The notes: generated by a model from the letters alone, not told the origin. Positions 27,266 to 41,743 are shown, numbered from the stretch's first letter. The stretch is 64,000 bases of DNA from Octopus vulgaris (GCA_951406725.2 OX597825.1:65410001-65474000), one strand, 5' to 3'. A program made the numbers and translations.

Positions 27266-27699
27266 CTCCTGTATAAGATACCGAGCTAGCAGAATGGTTA
27301 GCACGTCCGACAAAATGCTTAGCACTGTTTCATTCATCTTTACATTCTGAGTTCAAAATACTGCGGGGTCGACTTTACCTTTCATTCTTTCGAGGTCGAT
27401 AAATTAAGTACCAGTTGAGCTTTGGGCCCGATGCAATCGCCTGGCCCCTCCCCTCTCCACGAAACTTCAAACTTTGTGCTTGTGGTAGGAAGGAGTATTA
27501 CCACAGTATGGCTGATGACTGATAGCGACAGTTCTATAATGAATGGCATATGTAAATTCTATCTACAGTTACAAACGTATGTTTGATGAATGACAAAAAT
27601 GCTAAGATAAAAAAACTGAACTACATGCATTGCGGCATTTAGTTATGACACATCATATTCTGAGTTCGAGCTCTCCATCAATCCATCTATTCATTTTCT

Positions 27700-27965
27700 C
27701 TGCCCTCTATTCTTGGATTGGTCGAGGCCATAGAGCCCTCAGGTACCTCTTCTAGAGGGTCCTATCAAAGCGACTATCTTTAGATTTTCTGTCTGGATTC
27801 CCAAACATAATCGACTGAAACTATGGACTTTGTACAAACATCTCATTCTTGGTCCGCCACTGGGTCTCCTGCCGGTTCGGTCGACATGAAGAATCCGCCT
27901 TACGATTCATTCCTGCTACGTTCTTACCACATATACGTAGTACCGGAGCTATGTCCTCTCAAGGC
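27700..27965 (-). mobile_element. Decayed RTE-type LINE 3' fragment
   Basis: Minus strand GRRPSGGPRMR resembles the GRRPxGRPxxRW motif. Confidence 0.45.
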
Positions 27966-30302
27966 GGAGAAGTTCTGCTGAGTTTTAATTTAGTTTTTAA
28001 TCTTCTGTAATACACTCAGTAATATATTGGGACAATTCTGGTATACTGTCGTACAACCGTACAACAGATAACTTCTTGACTTTGCCTCTACGGTTACTTA
28101 TTCAAATGTATATCTGCGACAAAGTCTGTCCCCACTTTTAACGAAAAGACTTCGGCTACGACTCGACCTTTCAATAGATCTAAGAAGGAACTAGAGTCTG
28201 TTCACTATATTTTTACTATAATTGTGTAGTGAGTTCTTGTTTTTGTTTTTGTTGTGGTGGTGGTGATCGTCGACGTCGTTATTGTTGTTGTTATTGTTGT
28301 TAAGGAATAATTAGCTCAGAGATAAATCAAATTAGATCAATGAGCTAATTAGTCACAGTTCCCACTATGGCTGCCAATTCGGCTCTGATCGACCAGACCT
28401 ATGATCAAAGGCATTCAAGCCATTGTTTCTCCATCGTCTTTTGTTTTTAGGAATACTACACCTCTGACTACATTATTCAATGTCTCCTCTTTGGAGGCTG
28501 TAGGCTATGTTTTAAGAGAGAGATTGTCTTCATGTCAAATACAATAAAGTTTTAGCAGACTACGGCCAGCTTTCTTTCAAATTCAATATAGTTTTAGTAG
28601 ACGACGCCTGTATATTTCGAGTTGTCTTCCGGAGTCTACGAAATACCAGTTTTCTGTAATTATGTCTGTGATTGTAAATCTCTGGTTCAACTTCAAATGA
28701 AAGTCACTATAATCAAGTACGTTCCTTCCGTGCCCATTCCTTCCAATTTTTTATTCAAAAATAAGTATGTCTAAGTCTAAAACAAGCATCAGCAACCTTT
28801 TTCGAGAAGCGGGCCTCATGATAAATAGCTCATCATTTAGCGGACCGCACTACAAACTATACAAGACAATTTTTCGTTAGGCGTACAATTCAGAAAGTTC
28901 CATGAACTACAGGTTTCCTATGAATAGGCTAAACCGTCTGTGCCCTTTTCTTAAAAGGGGTATGATTTCAGGGAGATTTGGCTGCTATTTCTAATAGAGG
29001 TACTGACAGCTTATAAGCTCCCTTAAGGGCTCACATACACATTAGTAATACAATGATTTTTTTTTACTAAAGGAATCCTCTTTCATGTCTCTTAAAAACA
29101 TCTTTTTGTCTAACCAAAATAAACTTATTTGTTTGCTTTAAAAGTTCTGTTCACTCCACATTTATGCGATTCTGAGTTCGATCCCGCAGTATGGCGTTTG
29201 GGCCAGTAATTGTACAATAACACCAGGTCAACCCAAAACATGTGAGCGAAATAGGGGAGATGAAAGCAGTATGAAAGCCCTATAATTTAAAGGTCCTGCA
29301 TGTCATGTAGTCTCACACGAATGCCACATCGGAATTACGTTAAGAATTCATGGATAGGTGGAATGCGCAGCCATTTACATACTAATTCAATGAACAGGTG
29401 GTTCAGTTAATCAAAAGACTGAATATGCACCACCGTAACCAACGGGGATCCATTTTGATTGAGCATCAGTAAATGTGTGATACATAAATGGAGTTTGGCT
29501 GTGTGGTTACATAAATGATTCATAAATAAGTATGATCCATCATGATTTAACATCAGTAAATGTGTGATACACAAATAAGTATGGCTGTGTGGTTATGAAA
29601 TTTATTTCAGAACCTTGTGGCTTCTGGTTCAGTCCCACAGATCTGTACCTTAGGCACATATCTTCTACTATTGTCCGGATTAACAAATTTTTTTTTGAGT
29701 GAATTTAGTAAACAGAAAAGTTTGGTGAAGCCATTGTATCTACCTGTCTACCTACGTATAAATGGATGTATGTATGTGTTTTTTTTAAACGATTCCACGT
29801 CTGACCCCACATCAGCTGGCAACGTGCCTTAGTTGATTTATATCCCCGTGGGTTAGTAGTTCGACAACGCATACCACGAGAATGAGTATCGGATGAAATT
29901 ATTTAAGGGATACCCCAGCATGGGTGCAATACAATGACTGAAATATGAAATAGAATAAAAAATGTAAATGCTTGACTGTATAACATGCTCGATAAATCCT
30001 ACGTTGCATTGCATTTATTCAAGTCACTTTACTTATTTGTGATCAATATAGATATCACATTATCTTTGTTTAACGTGTGTCTTCCATGCTATTGCGGGTT
30101 GTATCACTTGACAATGTGTAGTGGATACGTTTTTTCGTGGCATCAGCACTAGTGAGATTGCCAAGTAACTCACAAGGCAAAGAAAAGGCCTATGACTAAG
30201 TGAGGTTATAGTAGAGAAGTAGATGGTTTTATTCAAAGGTGTTGAGAGACTAAAGTATGATAAAGGGATAGGGATAGCAGTCTTGCTTCTGAGGGCTTGT
30301 GT

Positions 30303-30396
<94 letters not shown>

Positions 30397-30431
30397 TCAC
30401 ATCGAAACTAACTAATTTTTCCTCTCACACC

Positions 30432-30483
30432 GTCTCCGATGAAGGGATAATATTAATTAATATTCTAGAAACAGCTGTAAGAC
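30432..30483 (+). ncRNA. Type I hammerhead motif with U4C core change
   Basis: GTCT-CCGATGA-...aatatt-aatt-aatatt...-GAAAC-AGCT-GTA-AGAC; palindromic ACAGCTGT stem III. Confidence 0.6.
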
Positions 30484-30573
30484 CTTCTATCTATAAATGC
30501 TCTAATATCTATACACCCTTGGTTTTTTATCTTATTACACAAAAAATTCTTATATAGACAGATAGATAGATCA

Positions 30574-30627
<54 letters not shown>

Positions 30628-31183
30628 GTTTGATTAGTCACAAAGTCTTTATTTTTAAGGAGATATCAAAGCTTTCGATTACGAAGAACCCAATACAATT
30701 CAAAGACTAGAAATTTAAATCAAATAAAACTTCAGCAGCGACGGGAAGAACCAATTATTAGCTTAAAAACTAACTTCATTGATACTTTCTGACAGGGCAT
30801 AAAACACTGAAAATTTTAATTAATTAAATTCAATTGAAAGAAAAGGACTTGTGTGTTGCTGTGACGAGTGAGATTGATCTTATCCACACGGTGACAACTC
30901 CAGCTGTTTCATGCAAGGTTTTATTTCTTTCATCTATAAACTATTTCTTTGAATTTAACCTGCACTGGAGGTTTCATAAAATTAACTCCAATAGCTAATT
31001 AGAAGATCTGCTATACAAAAATTACTGGAATAATGCCATGGAAATCAGTTCGAGAGAAGATTCACAGTGTAGAGAGTGCAATTACTAAATATGGTTTAAC
31101 AAATAATATTTTGACATAAAGGAAACAATTTAGAAACCCCCACTATGATTCATACTCAATATAACTATTTTTCCTTTTGACAG

Positions 31184-31189
31184 TTTACA
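31184..31189 (+). CDS. Candidate 6-nt microexon in the linker
   Basis: ctcaat (branch-like)...tttttccttttgacag|TTTACA|gtaaga; preserves frame. Confidence 0.3.
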
Positions 31190-31540
31190 GTAAGATGTAT
31201 TTATATTATTATTGTCTGGGATACGTGAACAAGCACACACATTCCTGCACACACACACACACACATACACACATACACTCACTCGCACGCACGCACACAT
31301 ACGCACATATATTAATAAAATAAAGTAGTCAGAATTCCCAGGAATATTGTTTATTTTTACTTTACCGAATATTCACTAGAACTATTGCCAGAATATTTTT
31401 TTCGCCACCAGAGACGTATTTATGCAAATCGAACTATTTGGTTTTGCAACTCACAGCATTTTTCAATCATACATACATATTTGTGTATGTGTGCATGTGT
31501 CTATGTATGCATCCATGTGTATATATACATACATACATAC

Positions 31541-31622
<82 letters not shown>

Positions 31623-33941
31623 ATACAAACTGGGACAAGGACGCAAAACATTTAGAAGACGATACAAAAAACACGGGCGAGACATTCGAAGCCTTCAATC
31701 TTCAGTCAAGAACCGGATCATCCTCGCAATTTCGGCTGATTAATCTTGAGATTGCTCCAATCTGGCCAGCCCCAAGGAAAATCTAAGCTAAGCGCATTAG
31801 ATTCTTTGGAAGAAAGCTTCGAATGTATACAAAACAAGGACGGAAAAACGGACGATGTTACACGAATATATGCATATATACATACATATATGTACAAACC
31901 TACATATATATGTATATATACATGCATATATGGGTACAGGACATAAAAAAAACGTTGAACACAATGAGAAACGAAAACATAAAAACAAAAACAAAGAAAC
32001 GTACTTTTTTTAGAAAACGAAAAAGAAAACAAACAGAGAAACGAGAAATACAACATAAAGAATATTCCCCTTCTTCAGTTGTCCCTGTTTTATCTACTCC
32101 GCGTTACGAAGGTAAGGACAAGACACGACTTCATGAAACATTCCTTCCCGTAAAGCAAATTGTGGGCTACAAGACCTGTTCTTGATCTGCGGTAACGATG
32201 ACATCTGCTGCAAGTAAAGTTACTTGACGCAACGGAGAAGTGATGCCTCTCATGTGCTTTTTCTCCTCACGTATGCTCTCTGTTCTTTCTTGTCAGACGC
32301 TACAATTACGAGCTTCAGCGGTCAGAGCCTTCTCCTTCCAGGTATCTGCGTTACACCGGTGTTCTTATTTCTTTATTGCCCACAAAGGGCTAAACATAGA
32401 CGGGACAACACAAGGAAATACAAACGGATTAAATCGATTACATCGACCCCCAGTGCTTAACTGGTACTTAATTTATCGACCCCGAAAGGATGAAAGGCAA
32501 AGTCGACCTCGGCAGAATTTGAACTCAGAACGTAGCGGCAGACGAAATACCGCTAAGCATTTCGCTCGGCTTGCTAACGTTTCTGTCAGCTCGCCGCCTT
32601 TGTTCACCGGTGTTCTTAATATCTCTTCAGCACATCCCTGAATCGCAAACTCTAACCATCACGCCTCTTCCAGTGTGTGTGTGTGTGTGTGTGTATGTAT
32701 GTGAGTATGTGAGTGTGTGTGTGAGTTTACATGTGTATTTTGATTATATATATTCTGAAACCACGTACACAGAAAACACCTTAAACAGACATATATACAT
32801 GTATGTGTTTAGAAAAAGAAGAGAGCAGGAAAGGTGCGAAGCGAATATATATTTCTGTAGAATTGTTTACCATAACATTTGCACTGAATTTTGGTGAACC
32901 AAAGTTGAAACAAATGTATTTAATAACCTTGTTTGTGTGATGAAGGGAAGCGAGATATTTCTAAATATCCTTCCGTTGATTATAAGAAGGGAGTTATGAA
33001 GGGCAAATCTTTTAATAATATCAGGAGCAGAAATGACGATCACCTGATTATAGGAACATATCGATTATCGATGATTTTGAATACGAATGCGCTCTGTTTT
33101 TTTGTTTTTGTTTTTGTTTTGTTTTCTAGATCGAAAATTAGATTAGAGGGAACTGAACAAAAATACTTCACTGTTTTCGATTATTTTAAAAACAAATTGA
33201 TATTTAGTGTTAATTTATCATCTGAAATAACAATAATGATTTTTTAGATATGGCTATGTAGTTTAAGGATTTCGCTTAGCAAGCTCGTGATTGCGAGTTC
33301 GATACCACTGTAGAGCACCGAGGAAAATTATTTTCCACCATAACCATTGTCCAGTCCTGTCTCCTAAATGGCACTGCACAGAACATCCACCGAAGTATAT
33401 AAAATATTTGCTTCTAGACTGGTATCGCGATTAAGGTAAGCGTGGAATACAGTACACGTGCAGGAGCGGTAAGAGAAGTGAAGAGGATAAAATTTAAAAC
33501 CATGTGTGGTCGTGTACATGGATATGAGTGCATGGGCCTTTATATATAACAAAGTTGGGAGTGAAGGACAAACTTTATATGGATTCTACTGTGGTTGGCG
33601 TATTTACGTTCCTGTTAACTGAGAAGATCGGCAATCGGTAGAATTAGCCCCAGATTTAAAAATAACTACTTCAGCCAATTCATTCGACTAAAATACTTCA
33701 AGGCAGTGCTCTAGTATGGCCATCATTAAATACATTAATGAAATAAAGAAATTATTTATAAAAGATATAGATAGTATAGGTATCGGAGTGGTTGTGTGGT
33801 AAGTAGCTTGCTTACGAACCACATGGTTCCGGGTTCAGTCCTGCTGCATGGCACCTTGGGCAAGTGTCTTCTACTATAGCCTCGGGCTGACCAAAGACTT
33901 GTGAGTGAATTTGGTAGACGGAAACTGAAAGGAAGCCCGTC

Positions 33942-33992
<51 letters not shown>

Positions 33993-34163
33993 GTGTGTGT
34001 GTTTGTGTGTCTGTGTTTGTCCCCCAAAATCGTTTGACAACCGATGCTGGTGTGTTTACGTCCCCGTAACTTAGCGATTCGGCAAAATATACCGATAAAA
34101 TAAGTACTAGGTTTACAAAGAATAAGCCCTGGGGTCGATTTGCTCGACTAAAGGCGGTGCTCC

Positions 34164-34238
<75 letters not shown>

Positions 34239-34504
34239 CAGATAGATAGATTTACTAATTATCTAATTATCACTTCAGTCTCCTTTATAAAATTTAAAAC
34301 AAAAAACATTCCAGAATATTTATTGACACTATATAACAATCTCCTCATAAGTTAAAATGATAAGTAGTGAGCACAAAACGCCAAGTTCTTTATTCAAGCT
34401 TTTTCGTAACTTTCAAGCGATTAACGAATATAAAACTTCCTACATATATTAGTGTGTGTGTATATATGTACTCCTCTACGTACGTATATTCCTATATATA
34501 TATA

Positions 34505-34817
34505 CTAGCAGTATCGCCCGGCGTTGCTCGGGTTTGTAAGGGAAATAACTATATAAGCATTTTTAGAGAGTTACTTCCCTTATATAATAGCAAAAAATGC
34601 ATTAAAAATGGGAAAAAATGATGGTAAATTTTTTTTTAAATCGTAGACTCATCGTAGACTCATCGTAGACACGTGTTAATACCCAGAAGGGCTCGATATG
34701 AATCACGACTCTAAGATACCCGGTTTTGGTTAAACTGCACCGCAAAATGTGGGAGTAGTTAGGAATCTAAATCATAGGAGACAGACACTCACACAACTTC
34801 ACTTTTATATATAAAGA
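34505..34817 (-). mobile_element. Non-autonomous Helitron-like element, related termini
   Basis: Shares ctagcagtatcgcccggcgttgctcggg 3' end and tctttatatataaa 5' end; internal sequence differs. Confidence 0.65.
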
Positions 34818-35293
34818 TATATATATATATATTACATATGTTTGTGTGTCGCGTGTGTGTGTAATGGATTCGTCTATGCATGTGTTTTGGTATGCCGTTG
34901 TCTTTTTAGTTCATTTATTTTGATTATATGCTCTATATTTCCATTATTTTACTGATTCAACATATTGTTATTGCTATGCTGTCATTAAAACCTCAAATTT
35001 TCAGCATGAAACTCATCGTTGTCATCGTCATCATCATCCTGATCCTCTGACTCCCCTTCAGTATCAGCAACATTGTCATCGTCGTCATCATCATTTTAGT
35101 TTCGGATTTATTTTTCATTTTTGTTGTTGTTGTTGTATTTAATTTTTTTTTTTGTTTACTTTTCTTTAAATCCCAATTTTTAGAATTGAAATTTCTAAAT
35201 TGTAAATGAAGCAGTAACACGTAAGTGTGATTGCAAAATTGGATTTTAAATACCGAAAGAAAGAAAAATACATAACTAACAGATGAATAGATA

Positions 35294-35339
<46 letters not shown>

Positions 35340-35342
35340 GTA

Positions 35343-35390
<48 letters not shown>

Positions 35391-35523
35391 GCGTATGTGA
35401 GTGTGTGTGAACATAGCCATATACATATTTACACACACGGACACATATATATACATAAAGAGAGAGCGAGAGAGAGAGATATTGATATAGATATATACAT
35501 ATAGACATATATAGTTATGTATG

Positions 35524-35558
<35 letters not shown>

Positions 35559-35823
35559 ACACACATATGTGTATGTATAAATTTATTTATATGCAAACTT
35601 AGAGCAAAGATATTTCAGATACAGTCAAAGCATGCTTGTTATTTTGGCAAAGGTTCCTTTATTATTTTCACTTTCAAATAATTAACTTTATTTTAGATTT
35701 GTCAATTGTACACACAAGCACGCGCACTCACACACACACATAGACACACACACACACATACACATATAAATACCATTTTATACATAGATATTTATATAGA
35801 TATACACTTACATAGATATTGAT

Positions 35824-35862
<39 letters not shown>

Positions 35863-36149
35863 AACATAGATATAGGTATATGTATATATTACATTAACAC
35901 ATACACACAAACAATAGGTTATATATATTATATATGTATGTTGATGGCTTTGAGCATGCCTATGTATAGTGTATATATAAGTGTTTGGGGGGGGAGTATG
36001 TGCGTGTATGATCCCACATGTGGTGTGCATACATTTATGTACACGAATCGAATGCTGCATCATTTTTAATTAACGGTTTCTAGCAGCATCTTTATAATTT
36101 TAATTGTTCAACTACTACCGTGTTTGCAATTTATTTGATGTGTTATTCA

Positions 36150-36545
36150 CCTTATCGTCATCATCGTCGTCGTCATCACCACCATTACCATCATCATTAT
36201 CATGAATATCACCTTCTGTGTGAATAGCATCATTATCATCGTCTTAGGCGTTGTCGTCAGAGTCGTCGTCGTCATCGTCAGCATTATCATCATCTTCTTC
36301 TTCTTCCCCTCCTTCTGCTTCTTCTTCATTCTCATCATCATCATCACCAACATTATTCTTATCGTTACTCTCATCATCATTATCATCATGATCATCATCA
36401 TCATAATCATTATCTTCTTCATTTCCTTCTTCTTTCTCTTCTTGGTTCTCATAATCATCATTTTTATCGTTACTATCATCATCATCAATATCTTCTTCCT
36501 CTCCCTCTTCTTCTTCTTCTTCTTCTTCCTTTTCTTCTTCTTCCA

Positions 36546-36579
<34 letters not shown>

Positions 36580-36697
36580 CTCCCCTTCTTCTATTTCTTC
36601 TTCTTCCTCTTCTTCTATTTCTTCTTATATCTCTTGTTCTTCCTCTTATTCTTCCACCTCTTCCTCTTCTTCTTCGTTGTCGTCACCTTCTTCATTC

Positions 36698-36732
<35 letters not shown>

Positions 36733-36895
36733 GCCATCATCATCCTCATGACCACCATCAGCATCTGTAGCTTTACCCTAGTCATCAACATCGTCATTAG
36801 CAAGCTATTCACCAGCAACATCCTTGTCAGCATAATTACGTTAATCATCTTCCTTCATCATTATCAACATCAACATCACCATTCTCATAGCTATC
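36150..36895 (+). repeat. (TCA/TTC)n trinucleotide low-complexity tract
   Basis: Mixed CAT/CTT repeats that produce spurious ORFs. Confidence 0.95.
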
Positions 36896-37016
36896 AGTGA
36901 CATGAACAATCGTCTCTACACCACATACAGTCACTTATATTCGCTATATTTCGTTCCTTAACATTCTTGTTTATTGTTGTTGTTGTTGTTACTGTTGTTT
37001 TCTTCAATTTCAAAAG

Positions 37017-37031
37017 ATATTTTTTCCTCAG
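37017..37031 (+). CDS. Candidate 15-nt microexon (xIFSS) or recursive splice site
   Basis: ttttcttcaatttcaaaag|ATATTTTTTCCTCAG|gtaaat; phase 1-1, no stop. Confidence 0.35.
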
Positions 37032-37127
37032 GTAAATAACAACGAAGCTTTACGTGATAATGAACAAATACATTTATAATATGTAGGACAAAACATTCAT
37101 ATCATCGCTTTGCTTTTAAATGTACAG

Positions 37128-37166
<39 letters not shown>

Positions 37167-38688
37167 CACTCACACGCACACACACACACACACACTCTTT
37201 TACTCTATTACTTGTTTCAGTCATTTGACTGTGGCCATGCCGGAGCACCGCCTTTAGTCGAGCAAATCGACCCCAGGACTTATTCTTTGTAAGCCTAGTA
37301 CTTATTGTATCGGTCTGTTTTGACGAACCGCTAAGTTACCTGAATTGGTTGTCAAGCGATGCTGGAGGACAAACACAGACACACATACACACATACACAC
37401 ATATATATATACATATATACGACGGGCTTCTTTCAGTTTCCGTCTACCAAATCCACTCACAATGCTACAGTAGAAGACACTTGCCCAAGGTGCCACGCAG
37501 TGGGACTGAACCCGGAACCATGTGGTTGGTATGCAAGCTACTTACCACACAGATACTCCTACGCCTACACACACGCACACACACATACACACACACACAC
37601 ACACACACATACAGACATACAATGTTTAATCGTTGGCAACTACACTAGTAAATACACCAGGTTTATTGAGGGAAGAGTATGATTCCAGAAAAAACTGCAA
37701 TATAAAAATGCGATAAAGGGCAGATGAACACAGTGCAACCAATATAGTAATATACGTATATAAGACGGCGAGCTGGCAGAATCCTTAGCACACCGGATGA
37801 AATGCACAATGGCATTTCATCCGTCACCACGTTCTGATTCTGAGTTCAAATTCCACCGAGATCGACTTTGCCATTCGCCCATTCGGGGTCAATAAATTAA
37901 GTACCAGTTGCGTACTGGGGTCGATCTAATCGACTGGCCCCCCCTCCCCAAAAGTTTCGGGCCTTGTGCCCATAGTAGAAAAGAATATATTAATATACGC
38001 ATATAAAACGGTGAGCCGGCAGAATCGTTAAGCACGCCAGGTGAAATGCACAACGGCATTTCGCCCGTCCCCATGTTCGGAGTCCAAATTCCACCGAGGT
38101 CGACTTTGCCTTTCATCTTTTCGGGGTTGAGAAAACAAGTACCAATTGAACACTGGAGTCAATGTAATCGACTTAACCCTAGCCTGAAATTGCTGGCCTT
38201 GTGCCAAAATTTGAAATCACTATATTAATGTACGTATGTCCACGTTATGTGTGTGAGTGTGTGCACGGCGGTGGGGTACACATGTTTAGTGTCTTTTACT
38301 GTCTATCATTTACTTGTTTCAGTCATTAGACTGCGGCCGTGTTGGAGCACAGCCTTCCAGTGTTTCACTCGAATGAATTGACACCAGTACTTGTTACTGT
38401 TTTGTAAAGCCCGGTACTTTTTCTGGGGGGCACTTTTGCCGAACCGCTAATTTACGAAGACGTAAACGTACCAATACCGGTTGTCAAACAGTGGTAGGAC
38501 ACAACACAAACATACTGCCATGCTAGGCCAGAACCTATGAAGTAGGGAAAAACATCTGGAATTTTTTGAGTGATTTCGGCTTGGATTCTCACTGAGTTAG
38601 ACAATAAGTCGAATCCTGGATATCTCTTCAGCCACTTTGGGAATCCACTGCATTCTCATACAAACTCAGTTGTCTTAATTTGCTCTTA

Positions 38689-39044
38689 TCTCTCTATATA
38701 TAAAGCTGAAGTTGTCTGAGTATGGCAGGTTTGGTAGCCTTCAACTAACACTATCTCCTCCGAGACCGTGCGGCGCAAGTTGACCAAAATTGAGAGTATG
38801 ATAGAAGAAGGCTTGCTCTTCCTTGCGTTGAAGAAAAAATTCAAATCGGTGCATTTTTTCTATGAAAATCCCGATGGTTTACGATTTTTTTTACTGCTGT
38901 GCCGCCATTTTTCGGTGTATTTCAACCAGAAAAATGTTCACTTAAAGAGAATAACAAGCTATATAATGCAAAATTTTTAGTTTTCAAAAATTCCAATTCT
39001 AAAGGGTCGAAACAAACTCGAGCAACGCCGGGCGATACTGCTAG
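38689..39044 (+). mobile_element. Non-autonomous Helitron-like element
   Basis: 5' TC, 3' GC-rich hairpin (ctcgagcaacgccggg) then CTAG|T; near-identical inverted copy at 20457-20843. Confidence 0.7.
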
Positions 39045-39960
39045 TCTACGATATAATTATGTGAGAATGATAGAACGGGTCTGAAATGTACAGCTCTTCC
39101 TCACTTTGAAATAAACCTTGTGTTACTCCTACATTAATGTCGAGTGAATACAGCCCAATGGCACACAAGTGACAGAGCTCTAAGAGCCATAAAGTGTTCG
39201 TTGTGGTGGTTGGCGTATTCCACATACCTCAAACTCTGAAATACTACAGCTACAGAAAGCGGCGAGCTGGCAGAAACGTTAGCAAGTCGGGCGAAATACT
39301 TAGCAATATTAACGTTCTGAGTTCAAATTCCACCGAGGTCGACTTTGCCTTTCATCCTTTCGGGGTCGATAAATTAAGTGCCAGTTACGCACTGGGTCGA
39401 TATAATCGACTTAATGCCTTTGTCTGTCCTTGTTTGTCCTCTCTGTGTTTAGCCCCTTGTGGGTAGTAAAGAAATAGGTATTTTATCTGTCTTTACGTTC
39501 TGAGTTCAAATTCCGCCAAGGTCGACTCTGCCTTTCATCCTTTCGGGGTCGATAAATTAATTGCCAGTTATGCACTGGGGTCGATCTAATCGACTAGCCC
39601 TCTCCCCAAAATTTTCGAGCCTTGTGTCTAGAGCAAAAATAAGAAAAACTACAGCTACAGTAGATCGATGTATACGGAGCGTGTTAGTATATAGTCGACA
39701 ACATTTGTGATACCATAATCTCCTACATAAAACCGTTCCCTGTTCATTTGCCATGATTGATGTCATTGTCGCCCTTGATCGACCTTGAATGAACGTTATA
39801 GCCTTGGGCATCGCTTTTCTTCCTCATTTCTTTCAGGTGTTATTCTTTTATTTAGTCTATTTTTGTTTGCCATCATCAAATTTGACAGACAAATTATCAC
39901 ATGTGCGTGTGTGTATACATACATACCTACATACCTACATACATACATATACATATTCAT

Positions 39961-40012
<52 letters not shown>

Positions 40013-40178
40013 AATGTTTTCTATACTTTTTGAAAGCCAAAACAATGCGAGTGTGTCACAAATGTGTGACAAATGATGTTGTCAATGGTTTGCACTTTTA
40101 TCGTATAGTTCTATATTTCGATGTTAAGACCTCGTTTTCTAGAAAAATAAATCGGAGATATGGAGATATGTATGTGTG

Positions 40179-40228
<50 letters not shown>

Positions 40229-41175
40229 CACACACGCATCATCATCCAGTATTTTAAATCCGGATTTTGTCCTCGTTAAAGGGGGTTGCCGGATCTACCT
40301 CAATGCCATAGCAACCGAAGTAGGCAGGTGCAGCCCACCCCCAACCTTTGGTCTGGCTGGTGCTCATTCTTCCTTGCTACCATGTGGCTTTATTGGAGCT
40401 GAATTTTCTACGGAGAGCATGCCCTTGCTTACCCCCAATCTCAGTATCTAGACATGAGTGGTCCTGAGACCAAGGCCTCTAACACGATTTTTAAGAAATG
40501 TGGTGGAAGACTAGTTCAGGAAGGCAGGGACGCTACTCCCTGAGACCCCTTTCAGAGCCCCGCTACCTAAATAAAATATATTGTTACAGAAAATAGACAA
40601 AACGGCAAGTGAAAGATGAGGTTATTTTTGAAAAAGTCACCTGCTATGAATGACAATGATTGTACAGCCTCTTATCAGTAAGGTACGGGTGCAAGGTGAG
40701 TCGAAACGATCGTAGTGGTTTTGAATAAAGAGCCTCGTGAATACAATTTTCCGTTTCTCAACTTCATATGGATAGATAAATAGATAGATAGATAGATTGA
40801 TAGAAAGCCGCAAAAATATCTACAAATACTTACACATGTATATCAGTGTAGATGTATGTTTGTGCGTATATGTGTAGTTGTATGGAAACACAATTACGTA
40901 TTATGCGTATATTGGTTCCTGTATGGGTGTGCATGTGTAAGTGCGCGCGCACGTGCGTGGACGCGTGTCTGTCTGTGAGTATACCTTATACAATTTCAGT
41001 TCTCAATATCTTTATCATTTGTAATCATGTAGAATTGAATTTTAGTATTTTCCACTTATATTTTGTAATTATTTTTTTTTTCTAATTACATTGTTTCATT
41101 ATTTTTTTTTTAAATGCTTTATTCATTCATATAATTATTTATTCATTTATTTATTTATTCATTGTTATTCCGTAG

Positions 41176-41463
41176 CAATCACCATATCAGGCAAATCGTA
41201 TGTTGACAAGGATTTAGCCATTAGACTAACGTGCAATGCAAGCGGTTTGTCTCACCCACATGTTGCAGATTGGTTCAAAGATGGACAGAAAATCAACGCA
41301 AATAAAATAAAGCAAATATCCATAACCGGAAGTTCGTCATACGAAACCGGAACGATATCGAGCACGCTGGTCATAAAACACAGCAAACTCACAGATCAAG
41401 GAACGTACATCTGTCGAACCTCTGAGTCTCTTGTAACCAGTATGAAAGTAAATGTGCTAGACG
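41176..41463 (+). CDS. Exon encoding Ig domain 2 of the Dpr/ZIG-8-like protein
   Basis: cgtag|CA ATC...GAC G|gtaagt, 288 nt, phase 1-1. Translates AITISGKSYVDKDLAIRLTCNASG...DWFKDG...STLVIKHSKLTDQGTYICRTSESLVTSMKVNVLD with the canonical Ig Cys, Trp and D-x-G-x-Y-x-C. Confidence 0.93.
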
Positions 41464-41637
41464 GTAAGTTATCTTCACTGACATCACACAAACCTCAAAC
41501 AAAAAAAAAAGAAATATATTATTAGCAATAACAACAATAACAACAATGGCAACCATGAAAACATAAAAAAAACATCAGTGTTTTAAATTTATTTTTATAG
41601 CGTTTTATCTACAATAATAATAATAATAATGATAATG

Positions 41638-41683
<46 letters not shown>

Positions 41684-41709
41684 TGATGATAATAATAATA
41701 ATAATAATG

Positions 41710-41743
<34 letters not shown>

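Noticed and set aside
29463-29596. ~46-bp direct repeat
   Set aside because: Small local duplication at a decayed SINE head; no further structure.
31676-31716. Hammerhead-like CTGAAGA...GAATGTC on the minus strand
   Set aside because: GAAAC box is broken and stem I is only 2-3 bp; too degenerate to call.
36147-36900. 232-aa hydrophobic and acidic ORFs
   Set aside because: Low-complexity TCA/TTC repeat with no domain signal.
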